NCBI GenBank assembly: GCA_964489545.1
Contig: CAZAZE010000001.1
Span: 337,412-401,411, forward strand
Reading direction: 5' to 3'
DNA length: 64,000 nucleotides
Source: an uncultured Bacteroidales bacterium
GTDB taxonomy: Bacteria; Bacteroidota; Bacteroidia; Bacteroidales; JAGOPY01
The translations under genes and the position numbers were made by a program. Shown here one piece after another: positions 39,157 to 48,833 of the stretch (positions are counted from its first letter, which is position 1; the number at the start of each line of letters is the position of its first letter). The notes beneath the pieces were generated by a model, which saw only the letters and a program-made list of their open reading frames with translations, had not been told where the DNA came from and did not search any database.

Positions 39157-40106
39157 TCCCCAAAGAGGCTGTCCACAAACTCATACCGGTCGAACACCTG
39201 GAGGTCGCCGATCTTTTCGCCGATTCCGATATATTTTACGGGAATCTTAAACTGGTCGGAGATCCCGATGGCGACGCCGCCTTTGGCCGTACCGTCGAGC
39301 TTGGTGAGGGCCAGTGCGTTGACTTCTGTCGCGGCGGTGAATTGCCGGGCCTGTTCGATGGCATTCTGGCCCGTGCTGGCGTCGAGTACGAGGAGCACTT
39401 CATGGGGCGCTTCGGGAATCACTTTCTGGATCACCCGTTTGATCTTGGCCAGTTCGTTCATCAGGTTGATCTTATTGTGGAGCCGTCCTGCGGTGTCGAT
39501 GATCACCACGTCGTAGCCCTGGCTGTGGGCCGCTTTCACTGTATCGAAGGCCACTGCCGCCGGATCGGCGTTCATGCCCTGGGCGATGATAGGCACCCCG
39601 GCGCGTTCGGCCCAGATGGTCAGCTGGTCAACCGCTGCGGCGCGAAAGGTGTCGGCAGCGCCGACCAGCACCGACTTGCCGGCGTTCCTGAACTGATGCG
39701 CCAGTTTGCCGATGGTTGTGGTTTTACCGACGCCGTTCACGCCGACCACCATGATCACATAGGGCCTGGGAAGCGCTTCGGAAGCGAAGTCAAACCGCTC
39801 GCCGGTCTCGTTCTCCTGCAGCAGCGCCGCAATCTCTTCCTTGAGGATGCGGTTCAACTCTTCCGTTCCGATGAACTTATCACGGGCCACCCTTTGCTGG
39901 ATCCGTTCGATGATCTTCAGGGTGGTCTCCACCCCTACGTCGCTGGTGACGAGGATCTCTTCCAGGTTATCCAGCACTTCCTCATCCACGCGCGATTTTC
40001 CGACCAGGGCGCGCGAGATCCTCGAGAAAACGCTTTGGCGGGTTTTATCCAGCCCTTTATCAAGGCTTTCTTTTTTTTCTTTGGAGAAAAACGAAAACAG
40101 GCCCAT
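39150..40106 (-). CDS. ftsY: Signal recognition particle receptor FtsY
   Basis: SRP54-type GTPase motifs GVNGVGKTTT, DTAGR and TKLDG. Confidence 0.95.
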   Translation of the reverse strand: MGLFSFFSKEKKESLDKGLDKTRQSVFSRISRALVGKSRVDEEVLDNLEEILVTSDVGVETTLKIIERIQQRVARDKFIGTEELNRILKEEIAALLQENETGERFDFASEALPRPYVIMVVGVNGVGKTTTIGKLAHQFRNAGKSVLVGAADTFRAAAVDQLTIWAERAGVPIIAQGMNADPAAVAFDTVKAAHSQGYDVVIIDTAGRLHNKINLMNELAKIKRVIQKVIPEAPHEVLLVLDASTGQNAIEQARQFTAATEVNALALTKLDGTAKGGVAIGISDQFKIPVKYIGIGEKIGDLQVFDRYEFVDSLFGEV

Positions 40107-40180
40107 AGCTTTAAAAATATTAATACAAAAAAAGCTCTTCCGGACCGGAAAAGCTTTTTCTGACCGAGTTCATTGCAAGG

Positions 40181-40333
40181 TTATTTCTTTTCAACGAGAT
40201 TCTTGACCTGGTCGTTCGGGAGAATGGTTTCTTTGAACACATAGGCGCCCGTCTTGGGTGATTTCACCATGCGGATCAGCTTGGTGTACTCCTTGCCCTG
40301 GGTTTGCAGGGTTGCGATAACTTTCTTTGCCAT
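40181..40333 (-). CDS. DUF4295 family small protein (50 aa)
   Basis: Not in the ORF track (<60 aa). My own translation is MAKKVIATLQTQGKEYTKLIRMVKSPKTGAYVFKETILPNDQVKNLVEKK. It sits in the conserved rpmG-DUF4295-ftsY position. Confidence 0.8.
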   Translation of the reverse strand: MAKKVIATLQTQGKEYTKLIRMVKSPKTGAYVFKETILPNDQVKNLVEKK

Positions 40334-40342
40334 ATCTGAGCA

Positions 40343-40531
40343 CTATTTAATTTCTTTATGAACGGTGACGCGCTTGAGGATCGGGTTGAACTTCTTGAGT
40401 TCAAGCCGTTCCGGCGTATTTTTCTTATTCTTGGTGGTGACGTACCTGGAGGTTCCGGGCATGCCGCTGGCTTTATGCTCCGTGCATTCCATGATCACCT
40501 GTATCCTCTGGTCTTTCGTTTTTTTCGCCAT
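40343..40531 (-). CDS. rpmG: 50S ribosomal protein L33
   Basis: 62 aa, [20 protein letters not shown]...[22 protein letters not shown]. Confidence 0.93.
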   Translation of the reverse strand: MAKKTKDQRIQVIMECTEHKASGMPGTSRYVTTKNKKNTPERLELKKFNPILKRVTVHKEIK

Positions 40532-40560
40532 TACTCAATACGCTTTTAAATTTCGGGCTG

Positions 40561-40568
40561 CAAAGATA
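40561..40568 (-). promoter_or_regulatory. Bacteroidota -7 promoter box (TATCTTTG) for rpmG
   Basis: Reverse complement of caaagata, about 30 nt upstream of the rpmG start. Confidence 0.45.
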
Positions 40569-40617
40569 TTACAATTATTCAAAATAACCTATAACTTTAT
40601 CAAAATTTCCCGTCCGG

Positions 40618-41523
40618 ATGAACTGGGAGCCGTATATCAAGGGATTCAAATCATTCCTGAAGCTGGAAAAGTCGCTTTCCGACAATTCGGTGCAAGCCTA
40701 TGCACGCGACGTGGAAAAGCTTTCCCGCTTCATAAAGGAAGCCCATCCCGGCCTCGGGATCCGCGATATCCGCCTGGCTCACCTGCAGGAATTCATCAAA
40801 TGGATCAACCTGCAGGGGATGAATGCCCGGTCGCAGGCGCGGATCATCTCCGGCACCCGGGCTTTCTTCAAGTACCTGGTCCTGGAAAACATCGTCAGTT
40901 CGAGTCCGGCTGAAATGCTTGAGTTGCCCAGGACAGGCCGGGTGCTGCCCGACACCTTGCGGGTGGATGAGATCGAAAAGATGTTTTCGGTCATCGATCT
41001 GAGCACGCCGGAAGGAGAGCGCAACAAGGCGATGCTGGAATTCCTGTATGGCTGCGGCCTGCGCGTGAGCGAGCTGACCAACCTGAGGCTATCCGATATC
41101 CGGCGCCAGGAAGGCTTCATCTCGGTCATCGGCAAAGGGAACAAGCAGCGGCTGGTCCCCATCGGCGGCCGCGCCCTGAAGCAATTTGATATTTACCGTG
41201 AACGCATCCGCAGCCATATTACGCCCCAGAAGGGGCAGGAAGATTTTATTTTCCTGAACAGCCGGGGGAAGAAACTCTCCAGGGTGATGGTTTTCTACAT
41301 CATCAAACAACTTGCCGAGAAAGCGGGGATCCGCAAGACGATCAGCCCCCACACGGTGCGCCATTCATTTGCCACGCATCTGATCGAGGGAGGCGCCGAC
41401 CTGCGCGCCGTGCAGGAAATGCTCGGTCACGCTTCGATCACCACAACCGAGATCTATACCCACCTCGACCGCGACTACCTTAGGAGCAATATCCTGGAAT
41501 TCCACCCCAGAGGGAAGGTTTAA
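40618..41523 (+). CDS. xerD: Tyrosine recombinase XerD
   Basis: SAM-like N-domain plus catalytic HTVRHSFATHLIEGGADLRAVQEMLGHASITTTEIYTH. Confidence 0.88.
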   Translation: MNWEPYIKGFKSFLKLEKSLSDNSVQAYARDVEKLSRFIKEAHPGLGIRDIRLAHLQEFIKWINLQGMNARSQARIISGTRAFFKYLVLENIVSSSPAEMLELPRTGRVLPDTLRVDEIEKMFSVIDLSTPEGERNKAMLEFLYGCGLRVSELTNLRLSDIRRQEGFISVIGKGNKQRLVPIGGRALKQFDIYRERIRSHITPQKGQEDFIFLNSRGKKLSRVMVFYIIKQLAEKAGIRKTISPHTVRHSFATHLIEGGADLRAVQEMLGHASITTTEIYTHLDRDYLRSNILEFHPRGKV

Positions 41524-41609
41524 GTTTTGAGGGTTAAGGTTTAAGTTCGGGAACTTATAATTTAGAACTCCAACTTAAACCTTAAACCTTAAACCTTAAA
41601 CCTTAAAGT
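41517..41609. repeat. 39-nt dispersed element copy 2 (41517-41555) plus an inverted (CTTAAAC)4-5 arm (41564-41609); candidate bidirectional terminator
   Basis: GGTTTAAGTTTTGAGGGTTAAGGTTTAAGTTCGGGAACT, then a loop, then AGAACTCCAACTTAAACCTTAAACCTTAAACCTTAAACCTTAAAG. Both convergent stop codons are embedded in the element. Confidence 0.9.
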
Positions 41610-42061
41610 TCTTCGATGTCGCCTTTCTCATTGATCAGGACGCCCCAGTTTACGGCTACCAGGTCGCCATCCTGGAAGAAAAAGTCGATCATGGCGTCGT
41701 CGTAAGAAACCCTGCGTTCTCCGCTGGTTTCCATTTCGATTTCGGCCACTTCGAATCCTTTGGCCGTCATCAGGGCGATGATGTCCTGCTCAGTCATGTC
41801 GAAGACGTCCTTGCCGTACATTTTCGCTTCAGGGTTTTCGGTTTCAATGCAGGAAACCACCGATTTCTCCCTGCCTTCAAAAAATACGGTCACACCCAGT
41901 TCCCAGTAATACAGGACCACGGTGTTAAATCCGTCATCATCCTCGATATTTTCGACGTCTTCGGGCTGGCCGAGGATGGAGATGACTTTTTCAGATGTTT
42001 CCCCGAAATGGATTTCCCCATAGCCTTTTTTGGGGACGATGTCAAGGGTTAAGGCACTCAT
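41603..42061 (-). CDS. Hypothetical cytoplasmic acidic protein (152 aa)
   Basis: ORF with gene-like composition. No motif recognised. Confidence 0.55.
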   Translation of the reverse strand: MSALTLDIVPKKGYGEIHFGETSEKVISILGQPEDVENIEDDDGFNTVVLYYWELGVTVFFEGREKSVVSCIETENPEAKMYGKDVFDMTEQDIIALMTAKGFEVAEIEMETSGERRVSYDDAMIDFFFQDGDLVAVNWGVLINEKGDIEEL

Positions 42062-42067
42062 AAATAA

Positions 42068-42880
42068 TCATTTAAATGGTGAATCCGGTTCTTTGGCCAT
42101 ATGGTTGTACACCATACGGTCCATCATGAACGGAAAAATCTTATTCAATAACACGGTCATTTTCCCCTGGAGGGTCATGACCAGCAATTTCTTTCGTTTT
42201 TCAATGCCGCAGGCGATCCGGCGGGCCACTTCTTCGGCGGTCATCATGCGGTGCTCATCGCGCGGGGACTCCCCCTGCTGAGAGCCGTCGGCCGCCAGGG
42301 CGGTGTTCCGGATATTGGAAGCCGTGAACCCGGGGCAGGCGATCATCACATGCAATCCGGTTTTCAGGTTTTCGATCCGCAGCGTTTCGAGGAATCCCTG
42401 CATGGCAAATTTCGATGCGGAATATCCCGTGCGGCCGGGAAGTCCCTTAAAGCCGGCTATGGACGAGACGCCGACCACCGATCCGTTCGACCGGAGCAGG
42501 TACGGAAGGGCGAACTTTGTGCAGTAGACCGTTCCCCAGAAATTGACATCCATCAGGCTGCGGATGACCTGGAGGTCGACCGTTTCGAACAGCGCCCGCA
42601 TGGAAATACCGGCATTGTTGACCAGCACGTCGATCCCCCCGAACTTTTCCACCGCGGTGTCGATCAGTTTCCTGCAATCCCCTTCCTTGCTGACATCGGC
42701 AGCGACTGTGAGCACGGATGCCTGGCGGGATTCAAGTTCCCGGGCCAGCGCGGTGAGCTTATCCTGTGAGCGGGCCGCCAGCACGAGTTTCGCACCGCGT
42801 GCCGCCATTTCCAGCGCAAGCGCCCTTCCGATTCCGGAAGAGGCTCCGGTAATGATCACCGTTTTGTCTTTCAGGCTCAT
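42068..42880 (-). CDS. SDR family oxidoreductase
   Basis: TGASSGIG cofactor motif and YSASK catalytic motif. Start set at ATG 42880 (MSLKDKTVIITG). Confidence 0.85.
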   Translation of the reverse strand: MSLKDKTVIITGASSGIGRALALEMAARGAKLVLAARSQDKLTALARELESRQASVLTVAADVSKEGDCRKLIDTAVEKFGGIDVLVNNAGISMRALFETVDLQVIRSLMDVNFWGTVYCTKFALPYLLRSNGSVVGVSSIAGFKGLPGRTGYSASKFAMQGFLETLRIENLKTGLHVMIACPGFTASNIRNTALAADGSQQGESPRDEHRMMTAEEVARRIACGIEKRKKLLVMTLQGKMTVLLNKIFPFMMDRMVYNHMAKEPDSPFK

Positions 42881-42983
42881 ATTGTCCTCGCAATGATAGA
42901 GTATTTTTTTTGAATATGTGCGCAGTGTTTTGTTAAGAAATTTAAAATTCGCGGAAAATGCGGAAATAAAATCAAAAAAGATG

Positions 42984-42991
42984 TAATTTTG
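42984..42991 (+). promoter_or_regulatory. Bacteroidota -7 promoter box (TAATTTTG) for tRNA-Met
   Basis: TAnnTTTG match 13 nt upstream of the tRNA 5' end. Confidence 0.5.
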
Positions 42992-43004
42992 CACCCCACA
43001 AAAA

Positions 43005-43078
43005 GGCGAGGTAGCTCAGGTGGTTAGAGCGTCGGATTCATAACCCGAAGGTCACGAGTTCAATTCTCGTCCTCGCTA
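43005..43078 (+). tRNA. tRNA with CAT anticodon (elongator Met, or Ile2 if lysidine-modified)
   Basis: GGCGAGG acceptor paired with CCTCGCT, anticodon loop TTCATAA, T-loop GTTCAATTC. Met and Ile2 cannot be distinguished by eye. Confidence 0.9.
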
Positions 43079-43084
43079 CAACGG

Positions 43085-43119
43085 TGCCCCAAGACCTAAT
43101 GGTTTCGGGGCATTTTTTT
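43085..43119 (+). terminator. Rho-independent terminator after tRNA-CAT
   Basis: TGCCCC...GGGGCA followed by T7. Confidence 0.6.
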
Positions 43120-43138
43120 CGCCGAATCACAGGCCGCT

Positions 43139-45094
43139 TTATACCGGAATCGTAAACCGGAATTCGGCTCCTTTACCCGGTTCTGATCTTATGTTCATGC
43201 TGCCGTTGAGGAAGTCAACCCTGGACCGCATGCTGGATAAGCCCATGGACTTCGAATGCAGCATTTCTTCCGGATCAAAGCCTTTTCCATCATCGGCATA
43301 GAAGATCTCCAGTTGGCCTGGCTGTATGTCCACATGAAAATCTATCCTTGATGCGCCGGCGTGTTTCAGGGTGTTGTTCACCAGCTCCTGCACGATCCTG
43401 AAGATCATGATCTCCCGGTTTTCAGGCAGGCGGCCGGCATGCTCCGGGATTTCGGCATATACCTTCAGTTCCCCCGCTTCCTGCAGCCCTTCAAATAAGT
43501 CTGCCAATGCCTCAAACAGCCCCAGCTTTGTCAGCAGGCCGGGCATCATGTTGTGCGAGATCTTGCGGACATCGCTGGACGCCTGTTCCAGGAGACGGGA
43601 CGCCTTATCAACAATGGACCGTGCGGAGGGGCTGGTTTCGCCCAGTACCGAAAATTGCATGCGGGTGGCCGAAAGCAGGACCCCCAGCCCGTCGTGAAGC
43701 TCCAGCGCAATCCTTTTGCGTTCCTCTTCCTGCCCTTCCACCAATGATCTTGCTGCCATCAGTTTCTTCTCTTCTTCGAGCTGCCGGATCTTCTGGGCGG
43801 CGATGATCCGATCCTTGACCGCACGCTGCCGGTAATACAGGAATGCGAAGATGATCAGCGCGATCAGTCCCAGTCCTGTAAAGAGATAGGCGTTGTTCTG
43901 CTTGGTCTTTCGAAGGTTGTCCCGCTCCAGCCTGAGGATCTCGGCCTGCTTGATCTCATTCTGGTATTTCATCTCCAGATCGGCCATTTTCTCCTGCTTG
44001 TCGAGGCTGAAGATGATGTCCTCCAGGCTGTCGGCCACCACATAACTTTCCAGGGCCCTTTTGTAGTCCGATTTCCTGACAAAGACGAGGAACTTGTTCT
44101 TATGCGCCAGCATCTCCAGTTCCCTGTTTTTGTTAATGGTTGTTATGGCCAGGCAGGAGTCGAGAAGCCTGATTGCCTGTTCGTAATTTCCATTTCTCAG
44201 ATCCACCAAAGCCAGGTTATTCAATGTCTGTGAAAATTCATACACATTGCCCTGTTGTCCATAGATCCTGTTTGCCGCGGAATAATAATGATACGAACTA
44301 TCCATGTCGTTCAGGGCAAAGTACACGTTCCCAAAACTATTCAGCGCATCGGCAAGGAATTTCCTGGAATCCAGGGATTCAAAAATCGCCCTTGCGATCC
44401 GTAACTCTGCCAGTGCCGAATCATACTGCTGCCTTTCATATTTGACGAGCCCCATGTTCAAGTGGGCCAGCCCCACCAGGTCGGGGCGGTATTTTTCGTT
44501 GATGGGGATGCTGAGGGCCAGGTAATGCGCGGCGCGATCCAGGTCAAGATAGTCCTGGTACAGGATTCCGATATTGACATATCCCATACCAAGGGTTTGT
44601 TCATAGCCATTCCGCTCCGCAATGGTGACCAGGCGGATGAAGATCGCCAGGGCAGAATCGTATTGCGCCATTTTTTTATACATGACCCCGATCCCATTGA
44701 GCGCTTTGACCATGCCGGCTGAATCTCCCATATCATTATACAACCGGTAACTTTCCTTGTATAGGATGATGCCGGCATCAGGCCCGACGCCGTAAAACAA
44801 CGCATTGCCCTTAATATAGGTGATCTCGGCAAGCTTTTCCTGGTCTTTAATCGCCGTTGCGATGGAAATGGCGCTGTCGCTATACCGGGCGGAGGAATCA
44901 TAGAACGCTTCCGCCAGGTAAGCCTTCGAGAGCTCCATGAAAGCCTCCAGCCTGACCCGATCGTCATCCTCCGTGACCGTAAGCTGCCGGAGGCTGTCCG
45001 GATTGAAAGTTGTCTGGCTGTAAGAAACAGATTCCACCTGCACGAGCAGGAAAATTGCCATGCAGAAAATCAGAAAAAATCGAGCCCGGCGCAT
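43139..45094 (-). CDS. TPR-repeat sensor histidine kinase (HisKA_3/NarL-type kinase core)
   Basis: Signal/TM segment, about 350 aa of TPR-like repeats, a TM helix, a coiled coil, an H-box (RIALELHDGLG), and an HATPase_c C-terminus. Confidence 0.85.
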   Translation of the reverse strand: MRRARFFLIFCMAIFLLVQVESVSYSQTTFNPDSLRQLTVTEDDDRVRLEAFMELSKAYLAEAFYDSSARYSDSAISIATAIKDQEKLAEITYIKGNALFYGVGPDAGIILYKESYRLYNDMGDSAGMVKALNGIGVMYKKMAQYDSALAIFIRLVTIAERNGYEQTLGMGYVNIGILYQDYLDLDRAAHYLALSIPINEKYRPDLVGLAHLNMGLVKYERQQYDSALAELRIARAIFESLDSRKFLADALNSFGNVYFALNDMDSSYHYYSAANRIYGQQGNVYEFSQTLNNLALVDLRNGNYEQAIRLLDSCLAITTINKNRELEMLAHKNKFLVFVRKSDYKRALESYVVADSLEDIIFSLDKQEKMADLEMKYQNEIKQAEILRLERDNLRKTKQNNAYLFTGLGLIALIIFAFLYYRQRAVKDRIIAAQKIRQLEEEKKLMAARSLVEGQEEERKRIALELHDGLGVLLSATRMQFSVLGETSPSARSIVDKASRLLEQASSDVRKISHNMMPGLLTKLGLFEALADLFEGLQEAGELKVYAEIPEHAGRLPENREIMIFRIVQELVNNTLKHAGASRIDFHVDIQPGQLEIFYADDGKGFDPEEMLHSKSMGLSSMRSRVDFLNGSMNIRSEPGKGAEFRFTIPV

Positions 45095-45097
45095 GGG

Positions 45098-45490
45098 TTA
45101 AACGGCTTCGCCCCCGGTTTTGGCCGAATTCTCCCTGGCGGTATTTAAAACAGCCACCACCACAATATTAGGCCTTCCTGAAATGGTATAAGACGAATCA
45201 ACCGAAGGATAAGTCTTTACCGTTCGGTAATTTCGTTCTACCTTAAACTCATCATACTCGAATTTCACCAGGGTCTTTGACTTTGGATTCACTATTTTGA
45301 AGAATTGACATGCTTCATTGAATTTCTGTGCATCATCATCTTTATCGAATACATCAAACCTGCCCGGTCGGGCATCAATTCCGGCATCAAGGTTAATGCG
45401 ATGGATGACGCTGAGAAAGTTCTCTGAGTCGTCCCAGAATATTTCCTGGACTACTGTGCCATCGGAAGTGATCAATGATTTTTCAGCCAT
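45098..45490 (-). CDS. Hypothetical protein (130 aa), co-oriented 3 nt upstream of the kinase
   Basis: ORF only. Lower GC than its neighbours. No motif recognised. Confidence 0.5.
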   Translation of the reverse strand: MAEKSLITSDGTVVQEIFWDDSENFLSVIHRINLDAGIDARPGRFDVFDKDDDAQKFNEACQFFKIVNPKSKTLVKFEYDEFKVERNYRTVKTYPSVDSSYTISGRPNIVVVAVLNTARENSAKTGGEAV

Positions 45491-45738
45491 GATATTGGAT
45501 TTAAAGGGTTAATACAGAATATCCGGAATAGATGCATATAAAACCTGGCAAATGAACCAATCCCGAAAATCATCCGAAATTTACGCTAATTTTCAGTGAA
45601 AATCAATACAATGCCCTTTACTTTTTGATTTTTTTCAAGGAAATAATGTCACCTGTATGTATCTGGTATTAATTTAGCCGGCCCCAACCATCATGGAAAA
45701 ACTGAGCATCCGGAAGAGAATGACCGGATGGACCAAAA

Positions 45739-46839
45739 ATGAGCTACCGGATAAAAAAGTCCCTTGCACTGATTCTTTTTCTGGCCTGGCAGATACTTTC
45801 CGCCCAGGTTCCGCCAGGCTATTACAACAGCGCCACCGGCCTGTCCGGCACGGCCCTGAAAGCGGCTCTGCATGAGATCATCGACGATCACACTTCGATT
45901 TCCTATGGCGCCGTGACCGAAGCGCTGAAGGTCACCGACCAGGACACCGCCAACGCCAGCAACGTCATTTGCCTCTATACCGGATGGTCTTACGCAAAAT
46001 CTGCCTTTGGCAGTCTGGGGAACGAATGGAACCGGGAACATGTCTGGTCCAGCTCCCATGGCGACTTTGAAAATAAACTGCCGGAATATTCCGACCTTCA
46101 TCACCTCAGGCCCTGCGATGCCTCGGTCAATTCCGCCAAGGGGAATAGGGACTTCTCCAAAGGAACAACGCAATACATCGACGGATCAGGGCCTACGGAT
46201 TGTTATACCGCCCCCTATATCTGGGAACCCAGGGATTCGGACAAAGGCGACGTGGCCCGGATGATGTTCTACATGGCGGTACGCTATGAAGGCGATAACG
46301 GGGAGATGAACCTGGAACTGGTCAGCTATATGAACTCCTCCCCTGCCAGTCAGCCCCTGTATGGCAACCTCGACACCCTGATCAAATGGCACAATATCGA
46401 CCCGGTGAATGACTGGGAGCGCAATCGCAACAATATCATCTACAATGTTTACCAGGGCAACCGAAACCCGTTCATCGACCACCCGGAATACGTCGGGCAG
46501 ATATGGGGCGGCGAACCGGTCAGCCATGCTTCCGATTTCTCGGCCAACGACATCACCCTTTCCTGGAGCGAGCCCACGGGCGGCATCCTGCCCGACGGAT
46601 ACCTTATCCGCTGCAGCACAACCGGTTATGAAGCGATCGCTGATCCCGCCGATGGCGTTCCCGTGCTCACCGACGGCTGGAATAAAAACGTAAGCTACGG
46701 ATCCGGGCAATATGTTTTTAAAGGAGCTGTCCCTGGAAACACTTATTACTTCAAGATATTCCCTTACAAAGGCAGCGGAGAGGCCATCAATTACAAGGTC
46801 GAAGGCAGTGTTCAACAGGTAATGGTGGAAGTACTATGA
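45739..46839 (+). CDS. Secreted endonuclease I family nuclease with a C-terminal FN3-like domain
   Basis: Signal peptide. Endonuclease_1 motifs NREHVWSSSHG and HHLRPCDASVNSAKGNRDF...NPFIDHPEY. C-terminal module ending YYFKIFPYKGSGEAINYK. Confidence 0.85.
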   Translation: MSYRIKKSLALILFLAWQILSAQVPPGYYNSATGLSGTALKAALHEIIDDHTSISYGAVTEALKVTDQDTANASNVICLYTGWSYAKSAFGSLGNEWNREHVWSSSHGDFENKLPEYSDLHHLRPCDASVNSAKGNRDFSKGTTQYIDGSGPTDCYTAPYIWEPRDSDKGDVARMMFYMAVRYEGDNGEMNLELVSYMNSSPASQPLYGNLDTLIKWHNIDPVNDWERNRNNIIYNVYQGNRNPFIDHPEYVGQIWGGEPVSHASDFSANDITLSWSEPTGGILPDGYLIRCSTTGYEAIADPADGVPVLTDGWNKNVSYGSGQYVFKGAVPGNTYYFKIFPYKGSGEAINYKVEGSVQQVMVEVL

Positions 46840-48788
46840 AAGGACGTATGATTCATAGGAAACTGGTCATGGGGTTGCTCCTGGCGCTGGCATGGGGAAC
46901 ACTGTGGGGGCAGGAGGTGTACACTGAGCACTTTGACGTTGCGGGCTCATGGATTACCACCAATCCTGCGGCGTACCTACCCACCGCTTACACCAACAGC
47001 GCCTTGCCCATCAACGACCAGTTCTCCAGCAATGAAGCGCTCAGGGATGCGACCAATTTCAGGAGCGCCCCCTACGCCTGGCGGGTCAGGAATACGGCCA
47101 ACCGGTATTTTCGTTATGAATGCACGGAAACCGTCACCGGATTTGAAGTGTACCTGGCCCGGTGGGACAACGATCCCGTGCCCGTGGTGCATGTCCGCTA
47201 CAGCGTAAACTCCGGAGTTTCCTATACGAACGTCGACACCATTACCGGGAACGATTTGTCAGCCGACCTCAGCTTCGAGCGCTACTCCTTCAACTTTGCC
47301 ACACCGGTTGCGCCTGCCGCCGGACAGAAAATCTTTATCGAATTCCTGACCGTTTCCGGGGAAAGAATGCTTTATGATGATTTTCAACTTGAATATGATG
47401 ACGTCCAGGTCGATAATCCCGGAAATTTCGATGCGGTGACTTATTCCCAGGCCCAGGTCAACCTCAGCTGGACGAACAATGAAGCGTCGAATCCGGTCAT
47501 GATCGCATACAACACCGATTACTCCTTTGGCACTCCTTCCGGCGTTTACCAGGCCGGAGACCCGATCGGAACGGCCACGGTCATCTATGTCGGCACTCAG
47601 GAAGACTTCAGCCATACCGGCCTGTCGGCGGGAAGCCTGTATTTCTACAAAGCCTGGTCCGTGACCGGCGCTTATGATTATTCCGTCGGTGTGGTCGACA
47701 GTGCGTACGCCATGTTCCCGGAACCTTCGGCGCATCCGGCCGGCCTGAGCGCGGCGATCAACAACGGGCCCACCACCGTCACGGTTTCCTGGACGGATTC
47801 AGACGCCACCAAATACCTGCTCAAAGGCAGTTCCGGCGGATACGCTTCCATTGCGGTTCCGGCCGATGGCGTAGCTGAAGCAGATGCCTTCCTGGTCAAA
47901 AATGTCAACGCGAGCATCCAGCAACACCAGTTCACCGGCCTGCTGCCCGAAACCCAGTATTTCTTCAAGATATTCCCGTACAACGGAATATCCACGACCA
48001 TCGACTACAAAACCGACGGGACCGTACCTTCCGCTTCGGCCACAACTCCGGCGTTCAGCCTGCCGCTGATCATCTCCGAGGTGGCCGACCCGGCCGATTC
48101 CGCCAATGCGAAATTCGTGGAACTGACCAATATCGGGACACAGGCGATCGATTTCTCCGCCACGCCCGTTTACCTGTGCCGGCAAACCGACGGAGGGAAC
48201 TGGGGTTCGGTGGCGCTCACGGGCACGCTGGCCCCGGGCGCTGCGCACGTGGTGGCTTACCAGTCGGCCCGCTTCTTCAACGCTTTTGGATTCTATGCCA
48301 CTCAGAATTCAGGCAACATTTCCGGCAACGGTGACGACGGCTATTTTCTTTTTTACGGCGGGAACCAGGCCAGCGGCATACTGTTTGACGCCTTCGGAGT
48401 GATCGACACCGACGGTTCGGGAAGCGGCTGGGAGTACACCGACCGGAAAGCGGTCAGAAAGCGTAATGTCATGGCGCCGGGCCCGGTGTGGCAGGCTGCC
48501 GAATGGGTGATCTCGCCCGGCGCCACCGGCGTCGCCGCGATGACCCCTGGCTTACATAATGGCAGTATGACCTGGGCGGGGCTTTCTTCCTCAAACTGGA
48601 ATGAAAAAGGCGCCAACTGGAACAGCCCCTACGGCTTCATCCCGGACGCCAGCAGCATCGTCACCATCCCCAATGCCCCGATCCACCCGGCTTTGACAAC
48701 AACTACCGTCGTCCACCAAATCATCCTGGAAAACGGAGCCACACTCAGCATCCAGTCTCCCGCCGCCCTGATCATCCTCGGGGATTGA
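46836..48788 (+). CDS. Secreted multi-FN3 / lamin-tail-domain (LTD) protein
   Basis: 4-bp overlap with the nuclease gene. Carries two FN3-like modules: one (YFFKIFPYNGISTTIDYK) is paralogous to the nuclease C-terminus, the other (SLYFYKAWSV) is more divergent. LTD signature LIISEVADPADSANAKFVELTNIGTQAIDFS. Confidence 0.75.
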   Translation: MKGRMIHRKLVMGLLLALAWGTLWGQEVYTEHFDVAGSWITTNPAAYLPTAYTNSALPINDQFSSNEALRDATNFRSAPYAWRVRNTANRYFRYECTETVTGFEVYLARWDNDPVPVVHVRYSVNSGVSYTNVDTITGNDLSADLSFERYSFNFATPVAPAAGQKIFIEFLTVSGERMLYDDFQLEYDDVQVDNPGNFDAVTYSQAQVNLSWTNNEASNPVMIAYNTDYSFGTPSGVYQAGDPIGTATVIYVGTQEDFSHTGLSAGSLYFYKAWSVTGAYDYSVGVVDSAYAMFPEPSAHPAGLSAAINNGPTTVTVSWTDSDATKYLLKGSSGGYASIAVPADGVAEADAFLVKNVNASIQQHQFTGLLPETQYFFKIFPYNGISTTIDYKTDGTVPSASATTPAFSLPLIISEVADPADSANAKFVELTNIGTQAIDFSATPVYLCRQTDGGNWGSVALTGTLAPGAAHVVAYQSARFFNAFGFYATQNSGNISGNGDDGYFLFYGGNQASGILFDAFGVIDTDGSGSGWEYTDRKAVRKRNVMAPGPVWQAAEWVISPGATGVAAMTPGLHNGSMTWAGLSSSNWNEKGANWNSPYGFIPDASSIVTIPNAPIHPALTTTTVVHQIILENGATLSIQSPAALIILGD

Positions 48789-48808
48789 CCTTCCCTTCAA
48801 ATTTTTCC

Positions 48809-48816
48809 TAACTTTG
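48809..48816 (+). promoter_or_regulatory. Bacteroidota -7 promoter box (TAACTTTG)
   Basis: TAnnTTTG match 18 nt upstream of ATG 48834. Confidence 0.45.
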
Positions 48817-48833
48817 TACAAAGTTCTACCGCC

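Noticed and set aside
40532-40617. Absence of rpmB (L28) upstream of rpmG, considered as evidence of rearrangement.
   Set aside because: The gene order rpmB-rpmG-DUF4295-ftsY is common but not universal. The spacer has a normal promoter box for rpmG and shows no scar or repeat, and rpmB may simply be elsewhere.
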